Shown here piece by piece: positions 17,372-24,000 of a stretch of 24,000 bases of DNA (position 1 is its first letter; each line of letters begins with the position of its first letter). This DNA is from an uncultured Actinomycetes bacterium (GTDB taxonomy: Bacteria > Actinomycetota > Thermoleophilia > Solirubrobacterales > Solirubrobacteraceae). The notes under the pieces were generated by a model, which worked only from the letters and a program-made list of their open reading frames with translations, did no database searches and was not told the DNA's origin. The DNA is taken from positions 117,140 through 141,139 of the forward strand of contig CAWDMB010000007.1 in the NCBI GenBank assembly GCA_963803375.1. The letters are read 5' to 3'. The position numbers and the translations under genes are program-made.

Positions 17372-17821
17372 ATGTCCAACGAACGCGTGATCGACGAGAT
17401 CCGGGCCACGCTCGAGCGCGACCCACGGATCAACCACGCCGCGCAAGTGGCAGTCTCAGAGCAAGCGGGGCAGGTGACTTTGCGGGGCACGGTCCGAAGC
17501 CTCCACCAGCATCGAGTCGCCCTTGAGATCGCCAAGTCCGTGCAGGGCGTCAATGCAGTCACCGACGAGCTCCGGGTCGACCCTCGGGATCACGCGTTGG
17601 ACGACCAGATTCGTGGCGCAGCCCTGCAAGAGCTGATGTCGAACGACGAGGTGCCCGACGGCCGGATCGACGTCAGGGTTGCGGACGGGTGGCTGACCCT
17701 GACGGGGGAGGTCAAGCACCAGCACGAGAGCAACGCGGCGTTCGACGCCGTCTCGAACGTCGCCGGCGTCGGCGGGATCACGAACAAGATCACGGTCATC
17801 ACCGCCGGCATGGACGGGTGA
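17372..17821 (+). CDS. BON-domain protein (two BON repeats, OsmY-like)
   Basis: This is the C-terminal 149 aa of ORF 16754..17821. It starts at ATG 17372, preceded by GAGGAG 8 nt upstream. There are two repeats of the BON pattern: RINHAAQVAVSEQAGQVTLRGTVRSLHQHRVALEIAKSVQGVNAVTDELRV, and RIDVRVADGWLTLTGEVKHQHESNAAFDAVSNVAGVGGITNKITV. Confidence 0.85.
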   Translation: MSNERVIDEIRATLERDPRINHAAQVAVSEQAGQVTLRGTVRSLHQHRVALEIAKSVQGVNAVTDELRVDPRDHALDDQIRGAALQELMSNDEVPDGRIDVRVADGWLTLTGEVKHQHESNAAFDAVSNVAGVGGITNKITVITAGMDG

Positions 17822-17855
17822 GCCGGGGCTGATGGCGGAGGCGGTGATGTGCTGA

Positions 17856-18074
17856 ATGTCTACGCTCGTGGTGCCGCTTGCAGTTGGAGTCGTCGGGATA
17901 GGCCTGATCCTGCTGATCGTGGTTGCGCTGGCCGGCCTCGTCTATGAGCTGATCGCGCGCGGGAACCCACGCCAGGTCGAGGTGGACGAGGAGCGAGAGC
18001 AGATCGCGGAGCAGATTGGGCTGAGCGAGCCGATTGACTTCCAGTCGGACATGCGGCCGCCGCGTGAGCCGTAG
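17856..18074 (+). CDS. small membrane protein (one predicted TM helix, acidic tail)
   Basis: 72-aa ORF with an ATG start. LVVPLAVGVVGIGLILLIVVALAGLVY is hydrophobic and is followed by a charged tail. No family was recognised and there is no clear RBS. Confidence 0.4.
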   Translation: MSTLVVPLAVGVVGIGLILLIVVALAGLVYELIARGNPRQVEVDEEREQIAEQIGLSEPIDFQSDMRPPREP

Positions 18075-18090
18075 CCCGGCTCGATCATCG

Positions 18091-18813
18091 ATGGCGATTG
18101 TCGGCCCGGAATTCGGCCCCCGCCGAGGGGAACAGAGTGAAGGCAATTTGCAGCACAATGGCGGGGCCGACCGGTCCACGAGCGCGTACAACGTGATCTC
18201 CGTGTCGTTCGACCCCGACAACAATGCCTACGCGGCACTGACTGCGCTGAAGGAGCTGGACTCGCAGGGCCAGCTGCGTCTCGCAGCGGCCGCCGTGGTC
18301 GTGCGCGACGACGACGGCGAGATCGTCATAAAGGACCGCGTCGGCTCGGTCGAGTTCGAGGGAGCGGCAGGCGGAGGTCTGATGGGACTGCTGCTCGGGA
18401 TCATCGGCGGCCCGCCGGGGGTCCTCCTCGGGGGAACCTACGGCCTGATGGTCGGCTCCCTGGTGGACCTGAGCGACGTCGAAGAGAGCGAGTCCGTGCT
18501 GAGCCAGATCTCGACGTCGGTGAGCCCGCGTCGCACCGCATTGCTGGCGGAGGTCACCGAGCAGAGCGCTGAGGTCGTCGACACCGCCATGGCGCGCCTC
18601 GGCGGGACCGTGCTCCGGCGCTCGGTGGACGACGTGGAAGCCGAGATCGCGGCCGCCGAGAAGGCCCAGCGCGAAGCGAAGCGGGAGGCGACCAAGGACC
18701 TGCTCCGCGGGCCGCAGCGCCGGCCTGCGCCCGGGCGACGCCGGCGAGCCGGCCAGCCCGCGCTAACGCCCGAGCCCGCGCGTGCACGCCCCATCCCGTC
18801 TTGCCCACCCTGA
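18091..18813 (+). CDS. DUF1269-like membrane protein with glycine-zipper segment
   Basis: ORF 18034..18813. YNVISVSFDPDNNAYAALTALKELDSQGQLRLAAAAVVVRDDDGEIVIKD, then GGGLMGLLLGIIGGPPGVLLGGTYGLMVGSLVD, then ALLAEVTEQSAEVVDTAMARLGGTVLRRSVDDVEAEIAAAEKAQ. This matches the family architecture as I recall it. The start is either ATG 18091 or TTG 18148. The Arg/Pro-rich last ~30 aa may be off-frame. Confidence 0.8.
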   Translation: MAIVGPEFGPRRGEQSEGNLQHNGGADRSTSAYNVISVSFDPDNNAYAALTALKELDSQGQLRLAAAAVVVRDDDGEIVIKDRVGSVEFEGAAGGGLMGLLLGIIGGPPGVLLGGTYGLMVGSLVDLSDVEESESVLSQISTSVSPRRTALLAEVTEQSAEVVDTAMARLGGTVLRRSVDDVEAEIAAAEKAQREAKREATKDLLRGPQRRPAPGRRRRAGQPALTPEPARARPIPSCPP

Positions 18814-18869
18814 AAGGAGCGCGCCCTTGTGCGCAACCCCGACCCTGCGATCCCGACCCGCCCGGCGCG

Positions 18870-19915
18870 ATGAGCGTCACGGTCACCGACCTGTTCTGCG
18901 GCGCCGGCGGCTCCAGCCTCGGCGCCGAGCTCGCCGGCACTCGCCTGCGGCTCGGGCTCAACCACTGGGACCGCGCCGTGGAGACGCACGCCGCCAACTT
19001 CCAGCACGCCGACCACGAGTGCGAGGACGTGGCCTCGCTGACCACCAGCCGGATCCGCGGCTACCCGGACTCCTCCATCTTGTTGGCCTCGCCGGAGTGC
19101 GTAAATCACAGTTTGGCCAAGGGGGCGCGGCGCCGTAAGCTGCAAGCCGCCTCCTTGTGGGAGGACGGCCCGGCGGGGACGCCGAGCGGAGCGCTCGCGG
19201 GCGACGATGTGGGACGTCGTGCGGTTCTGCGAGCAGATCAAGGGCCGTCCCTACCAGGCCGTGGTCGTGGAGAACGTCGTCGACGCGTTCAAGTGGGGCG
19301 CCGACGACGATGGCGGCCTGTTCATCGCCTGGCTGGGCGCGCTGCGTGCGCTGGGCTACGAGCACGAGATCGTGTGGCTGAACTCGATGTTCTGTCCCCC
19401 GGCGCCGGCGCCGGTGCCGCAGTGGCGCGACCGCATGTACGTGGTGCTCGGGCGGCGCGGGATGCGGCGGCCGAACCTGCGGGTCGAGCCCCCGGCGTGG
19501 TGCCCGCGCTGCGAGCGCATCGTTTGCGGGCGGCAGACGTGGAAGAAGCCCGCCGGGCGGGTTTGGGGTCGCTACGGGCCCGGGGACTCTACAGTTTCCC
19601 CGACTGCCGGCAGCCCGTGCTGCCGGGAGCGTTTCCGGCCGCCGCGATCATCGACCCGACGATCCCGGCGCCGCGGATCGGGGAGCGCATCCGGCCGCTC
19701 GCCGCGAACACGCGGGAGCGGATCCGCCGCGGCCTCGAGCGCATGCAGACAGAGCCGTTCGCGATCCGGCTCACCCACGGCGGCGCCGCCCGACCGCTGA
19801 CGCTGCCGCTCGTGACGCTCACGCGCCGCCACGACCCCGCGATGGTCTTCCCGGTCGCGGCCAACGTGTTCGAGCGCACCCCCGGCAATCGCGCTCGCCA
19901 CGCCGACCCGGTGTT
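18870..19915 (+). pseudogene. C5 DNA cytosine methyltransferase, frameshifted and C-terminally truncated
   Basis: Motif I is MSVTVTDLFCGAGGSSLGA. The motif IV variant is LLASPECVNHSLAKG, in frame 18801. A few residues (DAERSAR) are readable only in frame 19157. RATMWDVVRFCE...YQAVVVENVV...PQWRDRMYVV...WCPRCERIV is in frame 19207. The reading then returns to frame 18801 for GLYSFPDCRQPVLPGAFPAAAIIDP...RPLAANTRERIRRGLER. No motif IX or motif X (GNAV) follows ~19915. Confidence 0.85.
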
Positions 19916-20279
19916 GGGATCCGGTCCGGGCCACTGTGGTTCAGGACCTGCTCAGCGTCGCGGTCTATCTCGCGATCGCCACCCCGATCGTAATCTAGGT
20001 TGGCAAGTGCTCATGGCGTCCGTTCACCTCAGCGCGGGCCGACGCAGCTGGCGGACGCACCGGCGGCAGCGACCAGCAAGGGGGCTCGCCCGGCCGCCGC
20101 GCCCAAGACCGAAGAGCGAGCGTGACCCGGCGAGCGTGGCGCACGTCAAGGAGGCGACACGCGACGGCGGCGCGCTGTCCTCGAGACCACTCCGTGATCG
20201 CCGACCCGCGTAGACGCCGCTGGTTCTCCGGGGAAGCACGATTGTAAGCCCGTGCTGCAGGGTGCAAGGCTGTGCGCCC

Positions 20280-22950
20280 ATGGAAACCGCGCAGGCGATG
20301 GCTAGCACGCCCGAGCATCGGCGCCTGGAGGAGCCGCACCGGCGAGGTCGCGTGGAAGGCCTGGGGCCCCTATCTGAGCGAGCGCCAGTGGGGCACGGTG
20401 CGCGAGGACTACAGCGTGGGGGGGATGCCTGGAGCTACTTCAGTCACGAACAGGCGCGGTCGCGCGCCTATCGCTGGGGGGAGGACGGGATCGCCGGGGT
20501 CTGCGACGAGCGCCAGCGGCTGTGCTTGGCGCTGGCGCTGTGGAACGGAACGACCCATCCTCAAGGAGGGATGTTCGGCCTCAGCAACGGGGAGGGCAAC
20601 CACGGCGAGGACGTCAAGGAGTACTGGTACTACCTGGACAGCACGCCGACGCACTCGTACCTGAAGTGCCAGTACAAGTATCCGCAGCGGGCGTTCCCTT
20701 ACAGGGAACTGGTGTCCACCAACCCCAGCCGGCAAGCAGGAGCTGGAGTACGACTGCTGGACACCGGCATCTTCGACGAGGACCGCTACTTCGACGTGAT
20801 CGTGGAGTACGCCAAGGGCGCCGCCGCCGACATCGTGATGCTGGTGACGGCGCACAACCGCGGGCCGGACGCGGCGACTTTGCACCTGCTGCCGAAGCTG
20901 TGGTTTCGCAACACTGGTCGTGGGGCGACGACGTCCCGAAGCCGACGCTGGAGGCGGACGACGGGGAGCCGGGAGTCGCCGCCGTGCGCGCTTCCTCGGA
21001 GCTCGGGGACTGGTTGCGCGCGGACGAGTCGGCGCCGCTGCTGTTCTGCGAGAACGAGACGAACAACCGCGCCTGTTCGGCGTCCAGAACGCGTCCCCGT
21101 ACGTCAAGGATGCGATCAACGGGTACGTCGTCGCGGGCAAGCGAGGCGGTCAATCGAGCGCACGGGCACGAAGGTCGCGGCTCATCACGTTCTAGATTGG
21201 CCCCGGGGACAGCGTCACGGTTCGGGTCCGCTTGACCGCGTAGACGGCCATGCCGGAGGAAATGAAATGCCGAGCCGGCCCGCTGCGTGGTTTGACAAGG
21301 TGCTGATCGCGCGGCGGGAGGAGGCAGACCAGTTTTATGCGACCGTGATTCCTGCGGCCTGCGCTGCGGCCCGACGCGGCGATGGTGATGCGCCAGGCGC
21401 TGGCGGGGATGCTGTGGGGCAAGCAGTACTACGAGTACCACGTGCAGGGGTGGCTGGGGAGCATGGGTCCACCGTGGGATCCGAACGCTCCCGCCAGTTC
21501 GGCGCGCAACTCAGTGGTCCCACATGGTCGCCGGTGACGTAATCTCGATGCCCGACAAGTGGGAGTACCCGTGGTTCGCCGCTGGGATCTCGCGTTTCAC
21601 TGCGCGCCGCTGGCCTCGTCGACGTCGACTTCGCCAAGGAGCAGATGGAGCTCTTGCTCGAAGACTCGATATCTCCACCCGAACGGCCAGATTCCCGCGT
21701 ACGAGTGGAACTTCAGCGATGTCAACCCACCGGTGCACCGCTTGGGCGGCGCTGTACGTCTACGAGCATGAGGCGGAGATTCGTGGGCAGGGCGACCGCG
21801 AGTTCCTGGCCCGCGTGTTTCACCGCCTGCTGGCCAATTTCACGTGGTGGGTGAACCGCAAGGATCCGGACGGTCGCAACCTGTTTCAGGGGGGCTTCCT
21901 GGGCCTGGACAACATCGGCGTCTTCGATCGTTCCGCGCCGCTGTCCGGCGGTGGCGCGCTCGAGCAGGCCGACGGCACGGCCTGGATGGCGCTCTACTCC
22001 CAGTAGATGCTGCAGATCGCGATCGAGCTGCGCAAGACGATACCGGCTACCTCGACATGGCGCTCAAGTTCGTCGAGCCACTTCGAGTGGATCGCGATCG
22101 CGATGAACCCACCTGACGGCGACACGCCGCTATGGGACGAGGAGGACGGCTTCTACTACGACGTGATGCGGATGGCCGATGGCAGCGCGATGCCGCTCAA
22201 GGTGCGCTCGCTCGTCGGTCTGCTGCCGCTGTGCGCGGCGACCGTGTTCGAGCGCAGATATATCGAACGCAACCCGAGTGCTGGGGCGCTGACACCGAGC
22301 GCGTCGCAGAATGCTCCGACGCCGACCGGCAGTGGCGCACCTGCCTCGGCCCCGAGCCCGGAGGGACGGCGGATCGTCGTCGCTCGTCGATGAGCGAGCG
22401 GCTGCGGCGGATCCTCGCCGTGATGCTCGATGAGGAGGAGTTCCTCGGCCCCCACGGGATTCGCTCGATCTCTCGCCGCCACCTCGAGCAGCCGTGCGTG
22501 TTCGACTGGGGGGGCCAGGAGTACAGCGTCTGCTATCTGCCGGCGGAGTCGGACTCCGGCATGTTCGGCGGCAACTCCAACTGGCGCGGTCCGGTCTGGT
22601 TCCCGATCAACCTGGTCATTCTGCGCGCCCTGCGTCCAGCTCCATCGCTATTACGGCGACGGCTCAAGGTCGAATGCCCGACCGGCTCCGGTCGGAAGAT
22701 GAACCTGCTCGAGGTCGCCGAGCGAGATCGGCGCGCGGCTCGCAAGACCTTCACCACGACGAGCACGGGCGCCGGCCGGTGTTCGGCGGCATCGAGAAGT
22801 TCCAGACCGACCCGCATTGGCAGGACCTGTTTCTGTTCTACGAGTACTTCCACGGCGATAACGGCGCCGGCATCGGCGCAAGCCACCAGACCGGCTGGAC
22901 CGGATCGTGGCGCTCTTGTTCCCCCTCGGCGGCGCCATTCAGACGCGGCC
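20280..22950 (+). pseudogene. GH63-like (MGH1-like) glycoside hydrolase with many frameshifts and an in-frame TAG
   Basis: Family-typical peptides are scattered over all three frames: [21 protein letters not shown] (20272 frame); [42 protein letters not shown] and [25 protein letters not shown] (20262 frame); HWSWGDDVPKPTLE...LLFCENETNN (20522 frame); RLFGVQNASPYVKDAINGYV (20920 frame); PDKWEYPWFAA, NLFQGGFLGLDNIGVFDRS and ADGTAWMALYSQ-TAG(22004-22006); LWDEEDGFYYDV...PLKVRSLVGLLPL; [17 protein letters not shown]; [22 protein letters not shown]. The end coordinate is approximate. Confidence 0.8.
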
Positions 22951-23005
22951 GGGCACGGCCGCCGGCGCCGCACGGGAGCCGATCCATCGAGCGCCTGCCC
23001 GGCCC

Positions 23006-24000
23006 GAGGTCTACGAGATCAACACGGCGGTCTGGCTTGAACGGCTGGCCCGCCGTACGACGGCCGCTCAGGTCGCTGAGGCCCGGACGCGGAGTGGGAC
23101 ACCAGGTGGCGCTGCCGGTCGATGCGGTCTGGCTGATGGGCGTATGGGAACGCAGCCCCGCCGGTCGCGGATCAGCGCAGACCGCTCCCGGGCTCGACGC
23201 CGGCAACCAGGTGGCGCTGCCCGACCTCACCGACGAAAACGTCTCGGGTCGCCGTACTGCGTGCGAGGCTATCAGGTCGACGCGCAGCTCGGCGGCCCCG
23301 AAGCGCTCGCCGCGGCCCGCAGCGCAGCTCGCCGACCTAGGCCTGCGGCTGATCCTCGACTACGTTCCGAACCACGTCGCGCCGGACCATCCCTGCTCAC
23401 CCAGAGCATCTATACTTCGTACTGCACGGAGATTGCACTCGACCTGGCAGCGGGACCCGGCTGCCTTACTTCGAGAGTGGGTGACCAGTCGCTATTGCAC
23501 GCGGCCGCTATCTCAACTTTCCGCCATGGCCGGACGTCGCCCAGATTAACGCATTCTCGCCCGCGGGGCCCGTCGGGCGGCGGCCGAGACCGTGATCATC
23601 TATAAGCCGCACAGTGTGACGGCATGCGCTGCGACATGGCGATGCTGATGATGACGGACATCTTTCGTTCGCACGTGGGGGCAGCGCGCCGGACCGGTGC
23701 CGGAACGGCGGAATTCTGGCCGGAAAGCTTATCGAAGCCGACCCGGGCGTGATCACCCGTGGGTGTTCTGTTCATCGCCGAAGCCTACTGGGTCTTCCAG
23801 TAACACCAGGCGCAAGGCTTCGATCTCTGCTATGACAAGCGCCTCTATGACCGCCTGTGGCATGAGAACGCTGAATCCATACGCTCCCATCTGCGTGCCG
23901 ACCTCCGACTTCCAGCGCCGCCTGCTGCGGTTCATCGAGAACCATGATGAGCCCCGCGCGGCGTCCGTTTTCGGACCTGCCCAAGCCAGAGCAGCCGCGG
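23006..24000 (+). pseudogene. alpha-amylase-family (GH13-like) protein gene, frameshifted, continues past the window edge
   Basis: [88 protein letters not shown]-type text, RCDMAMLMM, FLFIAEAYW, GFDLCYDKRLYDRLWHE and LLRFIENHDEPRAA appear in changing frames. An in-frame TAA lies at 23801-23803. The start codon was not identified. Confidence 0.75.

Noticed and set aside
18801-20213. 470-aa ORF taken at face value as a complete methyltransferase or R-M component
   Set aside because: Only the first ~110 and a middle ~110 residues of this frame are methyltransferase-like. The rest is off-frame Arg/Ala/Pro text, the conserved core lies in other frames, and no endonuclease gene is adjacent.
9037-24000. 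CRISPR arrays, tRNA or rRNA genes
   Set aside because: Reading both strands, I found no regularly spaced direct repeats beyond the single 17-bp tandem pair. I found no cloverleaf-like GTTCGAATC-type T-arm context and no rRNA-like conserved blocks.

Overview
This is a high-GC bacterial window; the codon bias and protein families look actinobacterial, which is inference only. It has two very different halves.

**Positions 1-9036: six intact, tightly packed genes.**
- A secreted hypothetical protein that runs off the left edge and is missing from the ORF track.
- An acyl-CoA dehydrogenase.
- A divergent AMP-forming acyl-CoA ligase.
- A convergent class-III aminotransferase.
- An xfp-ackA (phosphoketolase - acetate kinase) pair with only 1 nt between stop and start.

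**Positions ~9196 to the right edge: insertion sequences and decayed genes.**
- An internally deleted IS1380-type element with perfect terminal inverted repeats and a 5-bp target duplication, ~160 bp upstream of xfp.
- A 1.9-kb group II intron with recognisable 5' GUGCG, domain V, domain VI and branch A. Its RT/maturase carries several frameshifts.
- An intact IS1595-family element.
- A frameshifted, truncated second IS1380-type transposase, followed by an IS1634-like remnant that has been hit by a complete IS66-family (single-ORF type) element with 8-bp target duplication.
- A frameshifted Excalibur-thermonuclease gene fused to a transposase tail.
- A decayed ParB-associated-like gene.
- Three apparently intact small genes: a BON-domain protein, a small membrane protein and a DUF1269-like glycine-zipper protein.
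- A frameshifted, truncated C5 DNA methyltransferase.
- A GH63-like glycosidase and a GH13-like amylase-family gene, both with many frameshifts and in-frame stops.

I found no rRNA, tRNA or CRISPR array. I do not see a convincing new multi-gene system. The most unusual points are the sharp intact/decayed boundary, the paired (compensating) frameshifts, the degenerate intron wedged between IS ends, and the intact stress-type trio inside the decayed region.
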